A program made the position numbers and the translations under genes. This document shows positions 21,801 through 29,665 of a stretch of 64,000 nucleotides of DNA, piece after piece. A model generated the notes under the pieces. It had not been told where the DNA came from and did not search any database. It saw nothing but the letters and a program-made list of their open reading frames with translations. How positions within the stretch are numbered: position 1 is the stretch's first letter; each line of letters begins with the position of its first letter. Origin of the DNA: a virus. The stretch is taken from IMG/VR virus record IMGVR_UViG_3300008459_000031, positions 7,631 to 71,630 of that record; one strand, given 5' to 3'.

Positions 21801-22973
21801 TATACCAGCATCTGTAAGTCTGTTTACTAAAGCTGTTCTCCAACCTTCTTGAATAATATTTCCAGATTTAGATTGTACTACATCTTCCCAAGTGGTGTAT
21901 ATGTTTTTATAAACTGTTCTCTTACGTAGATTGTCCCCCATTGCAAAAACTAAATTGTTTTTAGCAAGTACATCTCTAAGAGCTTGCAGATTTTCTTGAG
22001 ATTTATTTTCTGTATAGGCTTCTTCAGCAGCTATAGTTTCAATCATTGCAGCATAGTCTGTTGACATGTTTAATTTAGAACCATCTGCTTTAGCATATAT
22101 TTTTGTTAAGAATGAGTTTGCTATTGCTCCTTTATTAGTTCCAGATCCTAAAGCAATTGTAGATTCAAAACTATTTTTATAGCTATTTCTCATCTTTAGA
22201 AAGTCTGTATACAGAACATCGATAGCATCTGTAATAGTCTTATCTCCTAATCCAGGACGACTTAAGTATGCTTTTTTAGTTCCTTTAAACTTTTCTGCAT
22301 TTCTGAATACTCCTCTACCAAGAATAGAAGAGTTCATTTTATTACTTTCAATTAAAGAATAAACCTGCTTTAATCCAACACTGTCACTAAACATTGCTTT
22401 AATGAAGTTCCACAAATCTCTAAAGAACTTAGCAATCTTACCAGGAATAGACTTTTCAGTAGCTTGATCAGTAAGAACATACTCTCTGAATTCCTCAGAC
22501 ATTTTTTCTTCAAGAACTAACTTATAAGCATCTTCATCAGAAATTTCTGGGAATTGATTTTTAATAGCAGCTATTTCAGAGTCAGTAGGTTTTCCAAAAC
22601 TTTTCTCAGCTTCTGCATATAACCCTTGTCTTTGCTCTTCACTAAGCATTGTTCTAAATACTAAGTGATAAGCTTCGTGATACTCTGTACCAACTTCAGC
22701 AGCAGACCAAAGGTATATCGATGCATTCTCTACATATCCGTGAACTTCTTCATTTCCAACAGATTGTGCAGTCTCAAAGATATTTACAGCATCTTCTCCA
22801 AATCTTTCTGCTAACCAAGACTTTGCTTTATTAGATCTATCAGAATTATTTACATAAAACATTGAAGGAACATTCCCCATGTATTTATCCCAAAGGAAAT
22901 ATGCTAAGTTTTCACCTTGAACACTTACAAGGTCTTTCCATTCTTTAGATGATGTGTTTGGACAAAATGCCAT
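15870..22973 (-). CDS. virion-packaged RNA polymerase (crAss-like, phi14:2 gp66-type) with N-terminal zincin domain
   Basis: Catalytic GSDFDVDK, GYRIPNQ, TDAQAFI, KRMGHLTTPG; N-terminal HEAYH..EE. Confidence 0.9.
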   Translation of the reverse strand: MAFCPNTSSKEWKDLVSVQGENLAYFLWDKYMGNVPSMFYVNNSDRSNKAKSWLAERFGEDAVNIFETAQSVGNEEVHGYVENASIYLWSAAEVGTEYHEAYHLVFRTMLSEEQRQGLYAEAEKSFGKPTDSEIAAIKNQFPEISDEDAYKLVLEEKMSEEFREYVLTDQATEKSIPGKIAKFFRDLWNFIKAMFSDSVGLKQVYSLIESNKMNSSILGRGVFRNAEKFKGTKKAYLSRPGLGDKTITDAIDVLYTDFLKMRNSYKNSFESTIALGSGTNKGAIANSFLTKIYAKADGSKLNMSTDYAAMIETIAAEEAYTENKSQENLQALRDVLAKNNLVFAMGDNLRKRTVYKNIYTTWEDVVQSKSGNIIQEGWRTALVNRLTDAGIYIDSKFKYDTDLETPSEAEDELDQLNDEFAIIDEAVGKIYGQSSMEISPAKRLTARVRELLSTIMSNEYNSLGVKTYLNRDVVFKELLNIFSGKQTYTAMRNALVQEVKLKPQLRNVLNFLNELTESEKAMIFSAFALSNTEFVMLKQKVDDKVNYVEVFNPNRKDIPTAIAEKWKNTLISEVDGMALYRKDIITKEDGTVIETLTTNKKRVLDAAKAWKEAEKLLPKFGNVNVANINGQVNPVVVHLAETMFQLGLYIGDNTNVGDTQKILQVIADNGIDGKTGVDSMRTIKTQLLSFIRQVGEFTRDKSSELAEFVSVKNDRNLDFITARKSAAIDFAKIFKSTMPIAGISFVNGKGKAIYGTNTETHMAQIVSILKEKSQNSAELLKEYLKDEFINVKGRPEFTSVLFKHLMDGKFLEEFGVFDFDASKMGSEYEEALAYEDFSEVDTMVTLINAFINNRTDSEYTYIAVPIQSDRDKFTFVKVPRISKNAFSKQFMSHKDLIKAQIVQDLVRVNQAKAVVKSALNGKIDYADLEEGYHTASGDPTRLVENGQYLGNAFKESFFQFRAKNADGKYIVTDETLQDDPGVRINGVTQMSDKIMDYVDKSMDAESQKLFDARLDRMTNEMLEYFSSQALALEAELKKAKKLGEIGMSGAIGVDLKGLLKGFVVENAIMRNEIVKLFRGNRALHKSQEDFYKRMGHLTTPGTKMVMVGDISESYGMMKEFNEIAMRDIRMNLTPEQTVETNAQADNIYIGLVKSGVSEEEAKTISDAFRPGKYESTDAQAFISLDMHRSIMQGLGKWEREDEEAYKAYKVTGEFVYQKGFVPDGKKVGDPVPTLGHKGYYEKMSYNNVGRTLSVDSQKNSYFVLLKSYTKNSPFLEDIRRRMESVEEYTGLEPVHVVNFVSGKKLSKRNIYRHTGRLGMLGEAGVNTHNSSGLRFPQFIPSAKEDPKNALNRQIKKNMVANVEDATMYQISPGILDINISGQDLKDLYHASIEEKLARDTKKVEDEFGLTELYKASESNDINKINAAKLDILKTVREKVLKQARTKELHSNYERALDIVFENDGTPRFVAPLDIPLYNKKYESIIMSVINNEVFKQKVKGFEAVQVTQLGGSEVDGSGALKFLQISEDGRRVIHAEVMIREDVARKFGIQPGQSLDSIPEELRRIVGYRIPNQDKASVVMLKIAKILPNNYAKAVVVPGQLTKLMGSDFDVDKLNLLFPEVRVNKETKQLEKVSVDYASIIKSKNLSKLSNEQINNVILDLMEAVYSNPAHFKEVFTPLDDTTLNTVVDEIKSKSPDLGKELDWSDYNTEAITARRSTLGNKLRGIYANALAARNVLQHGNVRIHNDYSIKINGEEYRDYIKTSYENPFDTTSRSYPTDKSISLFLSAAVDAAKFPVQYELNDTVLTSRIRILFSGFFPEYSSRLCSLFLNQPLVKEFTNYFETTEAGNLMNLTTAYKIFTSKLKDPNGYLNLNKPGTFNMNVEELENLSKENRNVDEQLKMLANFMKFYEAGKTLMKLGKRVTPDSMDGLGRIGSIQSYLDRANTFDQNEDSLKTPIFFEPGSMDNVTDQFIGEKSNYGLERGYDNLLRNGLDFAGVFFPTRLSESFKLFKKGLLGNVSTEELTPEMHQLIDYNLMFMMLMKPGSPFASLMDSMTNLYNKPDNNIYTKLQALKTKYRALNTNPFIANLEPDTDTEARYYGIKFDNTFKATATEKQSYTDGLYNLLYNPQFYVPGDKTMDSEGNYTDPSVAAGIREVKLFAIKLAMHSFFVNGFRQGASSYADIVPLEFFTTPMKVEQGPSEPGVEVQDRISILDFFRQEAFKARQSQYFDSQDIINYMAAFGKMRAGGSNLVKRVSNDTLSSGTETILDKSTDNFIVVRNRKTGTSAVFAKLDQVKSGDGSIMTQYGRLEGTYTTKGSVKLYGLNYMKIQNKEVLPQIKNNIARSTTYLLDRGKLPIEAGNMSCSI

Positions 22974-22976
22974 TGG

Positions 22977-25900
22977 TTATTTATTTGTAATACATTTATT
23001 TTTCTTTCTCTCCCCTTCTTCAGCAGATTCTTTTATTACGTCTGATAAGCTTTGCATAGCTCCACCCATTGGATTCAAGCCTCTTAGTTCTGCTTCCATC
23101 TCTGCTTTAAGAGCTTTTTGCATTTCTGCATTAGGCTTTAAGTGTGCAAAAGGGTTAGAAGGGTCCATCAAAGGTACAGATTTTTGTTCAGTTTTTGGAG
23201 CAGCACCAAATAAATCTGCAGGTAATTCATCAACAACTACATCTAAAGTAGATTGTGCAACTGGGGCAGGAGCTGCCGGTGTAACAACAGCTGGTGTTGT
23301 GGGTTGAGTTTGAGTTTTAGAAAGTGATCCAGGTCCGTAGAAAGATTTAGCATTGTATATCACATAAAAAGGATCTACTTTTTGTTTACCAATTATATGA
23401 TTTAAAACTTTAACTCCTTTTACTTCAGGGTTTGATTTCTGAAAATCATTGAATAGGTTTATAATTGCAGGACTTTGATTTGCTTTTTCTGTATCATTGT
23501 ACTCAGCATCAGGATTGTCAGATATGTAAGATCCTGTAGCTGGATTGCTAAATTTATAACCTTTTGCTTTTAGCTCTTCATAAATTTCTTTCTCAGATTT
23601 ATTAGCATCTATAACTATAAACTCAGATTCATTTATCTCACCTGCAATTGGCTGACCATATCTTTGAACAAGGAATGGAGTAGTAGTAGAAGATGCATTT
23701 AAGCCATCTCCAAACTGGCTGATTTGATCTTTACCTCTTTGGAAATTACCAAAATCAAAGTTTTGTGGAGCAACACTTGTGTGATGATACACAGTAACTA
23801 CATTTTCTGGTGTTGTAGTTGCAGGTATTGCATTATCAGCAAGCCTAACAATTCTTAATATTCCATATTTAGAATCATTAGGTTCTTCAAAAACACCATT
23901 TTCATCTATAGCATCGATAGTTTGAATACCTCCAGCTTGATTTTTGTAATCCAAACTTGTAGAAGCCCCATCATATCTTATACCTTCAATTTTTGTAGTT
24001 GCCTCAGAAGTTCTTTTGCTGCTACTTGCTGTAATAATTATAGTATCACCTACTTTCCAAGTAGAAGGTGAGGCTTTTTGAGCAGGAGCTAGTGTTGCAG
24101 GAGCAGTAGGGGCTTCGATGCTATCTAATACTTTTACAGCATTTGATACTTCTAATTGAGCTTGAGTTGCAATTCCTCCTCCAACACCTGTTAATGGTGT
24201 GAATTCAATTCCAACATCATAGAATGGGGATTTGTTAACACTGCCTGGAGAGTCAGTAGTTAAGATTACATTAGCCCCTAGTCCTTCAGTTCTAGGTTCT
24301 GTGAATTCTTTATCACTATTTAAGTAATCAAAGTATGAAGGATACTCAATACCAGTAAGAGCACTAATATAAGGTTCTGTGTTATTAATTCTATTGATAT
24401 CAACTTGATACTTCTTATCCATAATAATGTCTAAGAATTCTTGTTTTAAGTTTGGAGTTACTCTTGCATACTCAGCTTTCTCTCCTTTTATTGTAACTAG
24501 AGATTTCCATCCTTTTTCGTTAGTACCTAGCTCAGAGAATGTGAACTTAAATGGTTGCCCTAGTAAAGCTTTCTTAAGTTCATCTTCATTTATTCTGACA
24601 AGTTTGTTTGCAGATTTAGAGTAGAAAGTAAATAATACTTTACCATCTGTAAGAGTAACTTGAGACATGTATTTCTTAAAGTCTTCTGTAGATATGTCTT
24701 CCCCTTCATTTAAATCTATTGCATCGTTTTCATCTGCAACTTCTACAGGAAGTTTATTTAATCCTACAATCTCCCCGAATAGTTGAGCCTCAGGGTTTTC
24801 CTTAATTAAATGATTAACTGCAATTGTTCTTCCTTCTTCAGTCATAGACTTTGTAGAAGCCATTACAAGAGCAGGATTACCATTAGGATCTTTTACTATA
24901 ATTGCTACTTGTCCAAGTGCAACATTGCTTGTATCGAATGGTAGATCATTTCCATTCTGATCCATGAAGACTCGAATACCATCTTGAATTCTTACTACAG
25001 CAATATTTGAAGAACCTTTTACAATGTTTGAAGATGGATAGAAGAATATCTGACCATTAGATGTTCTAGCATTAGCTATATTCGTAGAGTTAAAAAGCTT
25101 TCTACTAATAGTAGAAGATGCAGTAATTCCTTGCTTATAAAGATTATATATGTCTTGTCTAGATAATCCAGTATTCTCATCTGCTTTATAAGCAGCTAAC
25201 ATTCCTACTCTAACTGATTGACCATTAGGAAGTTGGGCAACTACGTAGATAGGAACTTGTTCCCAATATCTATCTTCTGTTAAATCTTTTTTGTTATTTT
25301 TTGTTTCAGGATTTTCAGAATTCCACCAATCACTAGATTCATCTACTTCAAATGTAATGACTGTACCTGCAGGAGTTATGTCACTATCTGTTAGCATTTC
25401 TGGATAAATAGAGACAGTCTCTCCACCTACCTTTTGCTCTATCATATTAGATACAGGATCTCCAGATTCAGTTACAGTTTGCTCTGTAAAATTAGAGTTA
25501 GATTTAATTTCCCCTTTAGCAAGTGGAGCATCTACAGGACCTTCTGCAACTACAGCAGTTACTTGTGGTTCTTCAGGATCTTTTTGATCATCGTCGAATG
25601 GAGATGGAGTCTCATTAAATGTTCTTTCTATCTGCTCCCACTGCTCTCTTTTCTGACGGATTATTTCAAGTTCTTCTGCTGTGGTTGTGCCATCCACCCC
25701 TTCCTCCGTAGATCCTGCTCTAGAATCGATATTCGTTGCTTCAGGCTCTTGCCCTTCAGTTGCAATGTCAGTTCCTTCGGTAGCGTTACTTGCTTGACGA
25801 AGTTTTTCAGATTCACGTTCTTCATTTATTCTTTGTATTAGTTCTTTAGATTTACGAATACTCTCTTCCCTTCTCTTAATCTTATTCTGAGTATTTCTAA

Positions 25901-28900
25901 TTTCTTTCTTAGCAGCCTCTACATCTTGTCCAGGATAAGTTCCATCTGCTATCTTTTTAAGTTCAGTTTCTACAAGTTTTAACTGAGCTATTTCATCCTC
26001 TAATCTGCTAATTTTAGATTCTTCCCCTTTAGTTATTTCATCAACCTCTTCTTCTAGTGGGGCTTGTTCGATTTCTTCTGCAACAACTTCTTCATCAGTA
26101 TTTTCTTGAATATTAGAAGCTTTCTTTCTTTTAGCAAGTTCTTTAATTTTCTTAGTTAATAAAGCTTTGTGAGACTTTTTAATAGCCTTTAAAGTTTTAA
26201 CATTTCCATCAGCATTAAACTCTGCTTCTGTAAATCCGGCTTCCATAGCTACTTGTCTTTCAGCAGCTAGAATCTCATCTATCTCAATTAAGTCTTGTTT
26301 AATTACTTCAATCTGAGCTCTTATCTGACCATCTGTTAGACCAGCAGTTTTACCAATGTCAGTAGTAGCTACTAATTTTTCAAGTTCCTCTTCCATTTCA
26401 ACAATGGTATCTGGATCTTCTACAGAGTCTAATACTTCAAATTGTTTAGCCTTACCTTTTAACGTATCTTCTTGAGCTGCTACCTCTTTCTTATGTTTCT
26501 TAAGTACATCTTCTGTAATAACTTCTCCACGAACTCTTTGAATTTCTTTAAACTCTTCTGCAGACATGTTAGCTATAGCTTCTACATCTCTAATAGAAGA
26601 TGCCTGTACAAGAATAGCATAAGTAATTGTATCAGCTATTGCTGAATCTTCTTCATTCTGATCATCTAGCATCCAAGTAACTTCGTTACCTGTAGCAGCA
26701 TCAGTTAATCTAACTCCTATTCTATTACCTTCTTCATCATAGATAATAGCATCAGTTGGAGTTTCATTTAGATTTAAATATGTTCTTCCATTTATAGTAA
26801 ATATAAATCCACCAGAAGATACTGATATATTTCCTAAAGCTGCGGCTTCTGCATCTGATAGTTCTTGTGCATATTCTGTATAACTTGCTGTTGGAGCAAA
26901 TTCATCTCTTCTTTGCAGTTGTCCATTCTGATATTCTACAGTTCTTTCAGCAGTTCTTTTCTTATCTCTTGCATCTTTCTCCTTTGCTAATGCTGCTGCA
27001 GCAATTGGGGGAAGAGATTCTTCATCAATAGCTTCTAACATATCGTCAGTCATGCTACTAAATTTAGCTCTTTCTTCTTTTTCTAATTGCTCTAATTCTT
27101 CTACTTTTGCCTCAGCTGCTGCTATTATTTCTGCAGGAGCATCTTCAGGCATATTCTCTCTAACTTCATCAGCTGTTTCTGCATTCTGAACTACTTGAGC
27201 AGCTCTATCTGCAGAAGCCTTCTTCTCTTCCTGCTGTCTACGGGCATATTCAGCTTCTACATATAAATCCATGTTTTCTGGATTACGACGTAAGTTATCA
27301 AAAGATGTTACAATACCTTCTCTTCTTTTTACTAAGTTCTGCAGGGCCCATGTGGCAGTTTGAAACTCTTCAGCATCTGCAGGGTTTAATGCATACTTAG
27401 CTTGAAATATCTCATTAAATTTTTCAAATAGTTTAGCTTCAGGAGATATTGTAGATTTAAATGCAAAGCTTAGTTTACCCTCTTCATCTATATTTACTTG
27501 ACCTATTTTTACTCTGTAAGTAAAATCTTCTTTTGATATTGCCCCTAACTCTGGAGCAATTTTAACTAAGTGGTCATATACATCATCTATCTGTTCGTCT
27601 ATAACATCTATGTCCATTAAGCCTGCATGCAGTACTTGAGAATATTGATTTCTAACTAACCTTTGAAGTTCTTTGTTATTTTTAGTTTCTTCGTTTTGAA
27701 AAGAATCTAAAAGTTTTGGGAGTAAAGTATTTTTAGGTTGGTATTTAGCTAAGATATCTTGTACTTGCTTAGATCTTTTTATAGATAATTCTACTTTATT
27801 TTTAACATCTTGTACAAGTTCAGATTGAGTTTTACCAGTCTGAGTTTTTAGACTAGAATTCATTCTATATCCAAATGCTTTTTTAAACTCATCTTCTGAC
27901 ATAGATGCAGCATCATCTAACTGCTCCAACATGTAATCAGTAGCACCCATAGCATTCATTCTTGCTGCTTCTGATCTAATTAGTTGAACACGAGCTCTTT
28001 CTGCATCTTGTTTTGCAACAGCTTTTTGAACTGGTGTAGCTTCTTCTGATTCTAAAACTTTATTATTCTTTTCTATTATGTTTACCAATGCTGTATTATA
28101 AGCATTAGATTCCATATTTTCTATAACTTTTGTTAAGCCACCACTGTTTATATATTGTAAAACTTTAGCTGTATTAGCTGTACGAGCTTTTGCTAGTTTA
28201 GAATCTGCTCCAGCTATACGACTTACAGCTCCTGTTCCTCCCCCTACAATAGCTCCAATCAATATATTTTCTAAACCTTCTTTACTTCCTAATGTTTTAC
28301 TTAAGGATTCAGACAATGATTTAGACATGTCTCCAATACCATCACTAAATTTATCTCCATAATAATCTCTTGAAAACTCAGATGCAGCAAATTGAGAACC
28401 TTCTTGGAATCCTTCTGTAGCCATATTTTTAACAGGGCCTCCAAATATTCTAGATGATTTTGTCCAAGCTTTTGCAAACTTACCATCCATTCCAGCTTCA
28501 ACTAATTTTCCAGAAGCATCTTTGGTAGCTTTATACATCTGACCTTCTCCAATAGCTGCTCCCTTAAACATTTTACCAAACATAATAATGTTAGATGTAG
28601 CTAGGATTGGAAGGTTAATAGCAAAAGCAGCATTACCAGCAGCATCAGCAGATTCCTCTATCCCGTTCATTACATCAGTTGGGACTTCTTGGCCAGGATT
28701 TTCTTCTTGCCATTTAGCTACCTGTTCTTCTATAAATCTAGTTCTAGTCTCACGAGCTTCAACAGATGCTTCTGCTAATGACATTTGAGTAGCTACTCCT
28801 AATCTTTGAGTAGCAGTAGATATCCTAGCCATTCTAGCAGCTTTTTCTAGATCTTCTCCAGTCTGTATAGCTTTACCAGCTCTGTATAATGCTAGCTGTC

Positions 28901-29645
28901 TACTACCTAATGTCGAAGCATCTTCTACAACATTAGCAGCTCTTGCACCTTTTTCAGCTAATCCTGCAATATCTAATGCAGTATCCCCAGCTTTTAAGGC
29001 TTTACCAGCTCCAGCAATTCTGCTAGCTAACCCTAGTTCTCCTGTTCCAAGCCACATTGTAGCAATAGAACCTAATGTATAACCAAGACCGTTAGCTACT
29101 TTGTCTGCCCAAAAGTTTGCAGTACCTAGATTAGATAGTAAGCTTCCGTTTATTTCTTCTTGTGTATAATAGTTTGGTAGCTTCTCTTGAGCCCAGTCAT
29201 TTACTGCATCTACTTGTTTACCTACAAAGTTGTCATAGTATTCACCACCAGTAGCTAATGAACCTAGACCTGCTAATACTCCTACTGTGTTTTCATAGAT
29301 AGCTCCTAAAGTAGTAATACCAGCTTTAGTTAATCCATTTACCCACTTATCATATGTGGTTTGCCTTTGAGCTCTTTCTTCATTTAAATCTGCAAATGGA
29401 TTAAGTGGTACCCCATATTCTCTGTAGCTTTCTAATGGATCTGTATAAATAGCAGATACATTTTGAACCCTAGAAGCAATATCAAAAGGGTTTATATTTC
29501 CTGTATTCGGAGCTACAACTGGTTTACCAAAAAAATCTTCTACAAAACTTTTTTTTGGGTCTGCATTATCTCCAGAGGGAGATACTATATTTGTTTTAGG
29601 TAATCCTGTGATCTCACTTATAAAGCTTGTAGATTCTTCTGACAT
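22977..29645 (-). CDS. giant virion/ejection protein with Gly-rich hydrophobic segments, coiled coils and C-terminal accessory modules
   Basis: 2222 aa; next to virion RNAP; N-terminal GxxxG-type hydrophobic stretches; single Cys. Confidence 0.7.
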   Translation of the reverse strand: MSEESTSFISEITGLPKTNIVSPSGDNADPKKSFVEDFFGKPVVAPNTGNINPFDIASRVQNVSAIYTDPLESYREYGVPLNPFADLNEERAQRQTTYDKWVNGLTKAGITTLGAIYENTVGVLAGLGSLATGGEYYDNFVGKQVDAVNDWAQEKLPNYYTQEEINGSLLSNLGTANFWADKVANGLGYTLGSIATMWLGTGELGLASRIAGAGKALKAGDTALDIAGLAEKGARAANVVEDASTLGSRQLALYRAGKAIQTGEDLEKAARMARISTATQRLGVATQMSLAEASVEARETRTRFIEEQVAKWQEENPGQEVPTDVMNGIEESADAAGNAAFAINLPILATSNIIMFGKMFKGAAIGEGQMYKATKDASGKLVEAGMDGKFAKAWTKSSRIFGGPVKNMATEGFQEGSQFAASEFSRDYYGDKFSDGIGDMSKSLSESLSKTLGSKEGLENILIGAIVGGGTGAVSRIAGADSKLAKARTANTAKVLQYINSGGLTKVIENMESNAYNTALVNIIEKNNKVLESEEATPVQKAVAKQDAERARVQLIRSEAARMNAMGATDYMLEQLDDAASMSEDEFKKAFGYRMNSSLKTQTGKTQSELVQDVKNKVELSIKRSKQVQDILAKYQPKNTLLPKLLDSFQNEETKNNKELQRLVRNQYSQVLHAGLMDIDVIDEQIDDVYDHLVKIAPELGAISKEDFTYRVKIGQVNIDEEGKLSFAFKSTISPEAKLFEKFNEIFQAKYALNPADAEEFQTATWALQNLVKRREGIVTSFDNLRRNPENMDLYVEAEYARRQQEEKKASADRAAQVVQNAETADEVRENMPEDAPAEIIAAAEAKVEELEQLEKEERAKFSSMTDDMLEAIDEESLPPIAAAALAKEKDARDKKRTAERTVEYQNGQLQRRDEFAPTASYTEYAQELSDAEAAALGNISVSSGGFIFTINGRTYLNLNETPTDAIIYDEEGNRIGVRLTDAATGNEVTWMLDDQNEEDSAIADTITYAILVQASSIRDVEAIANMSAEEFKEIQRVRGEVITEDVLKKHKKEVAAQEDTLKGKAKQFEVLDSVEDPDTIVEMEEELEKLVATTDIGKTAGLTDGQIRAQIEVIKQDLIEIDEILAAERQVAMEAGFTEAEFNADGNVKTLKAIKKSHKALLTKKIKELAKRKKASNIQENTDEEVVAEEIEQAPLEEEVDEITKGEESKISRLEDEIAQLKLVETELKKIADGTYPGQDVEAAKKEIRNTQNKIKRREESIRKSKELIQRINEERESEKLRQASNATEGTDIATEGQEPEATNIDSRAGSTEEGVDGTTTAEELEIIRQKREQWEQIERTFNETPSPFDDDQKDPEEPQVTAVVAEGPVDAPLAKGEIKSNSNFTEQTVTESGDPVSNMIEQKVGGETVSIYPEMLTDSDITPAGTVITFEVDESSDWWNSENPETKNNKKDLTEDRYWEQVPIYVVAQLPNGQSVRVGMLAAYKADENTGLSRQDIYNLYKQGITASSTISRKLFNSTNIANARTSNGQIFFYPSSNIVKGSSNIAVVRIQDGIRVFMDQNGNDLPFDTSNVALGQVAIIVKDPNGNPALVMASTKSMTEEGRTIAVNHLIKENPEAQLFGEIVGLNKLPVEVADENDAIDLNEGEDISTEDFKKYMSQVTLTDGKVLFTFYSKSANKLVRINEDELKKALLGQPFKFTFSELGTNEKGWKSLVTIKGEKAEYARVTPNLKQEFLDIIMDKKYQVDINRINNTEPYISALTGIEYPSYFDYLNSDKEFTEPRTEGLGANVILTTDSPGSVNKSPFYDVGIEFTPLTGVGGGIATQAQLEVSNAVKVLDSIEAPTAPATLAPAQKASPSTWKVGDTIIITASSSKRTSEATTKIEGIRYDGASTSLDYKNQAGGIQTIDAIDENGVFEEPNDSKYGILRIVRLADNAIPATTTPENVVTVYHHTSVAPQNFDFGNFQRGKDQISQFGDGLNASSTTTPFLVQRYGQPIAGEINESEFIVIDANKSEKEIYEELKAKGYKFSNPATGSYISDNPDAEYNDTEKANQSPAIINLFNDFQKSNPEVKGVKVLNHIIGKQKVDPFYVIYNAKSFYGPGSLSKTQTQPTTPAVVTPAAPAPVAQSTLDVVVDELPADLFGAAPKTEQKSVPLMDPSNPFAHLKPNAEMQKALKAEMEAELRGLNPMGGAMQSLSDVIKESAEEGERKKNKCITNK

Positions 29646-29649
29646 TTTA

Positions 29650-29657
29650 CAAATATA
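29650..29657 (-). promoter_or_regulatory. -7 promoter box TATATTTG
   Basis: TAnnTTTG 4 nt upstream of the ATG at 29645. Confidence 0.6.
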
Positions 29658-29665
29658 ATAAATTA

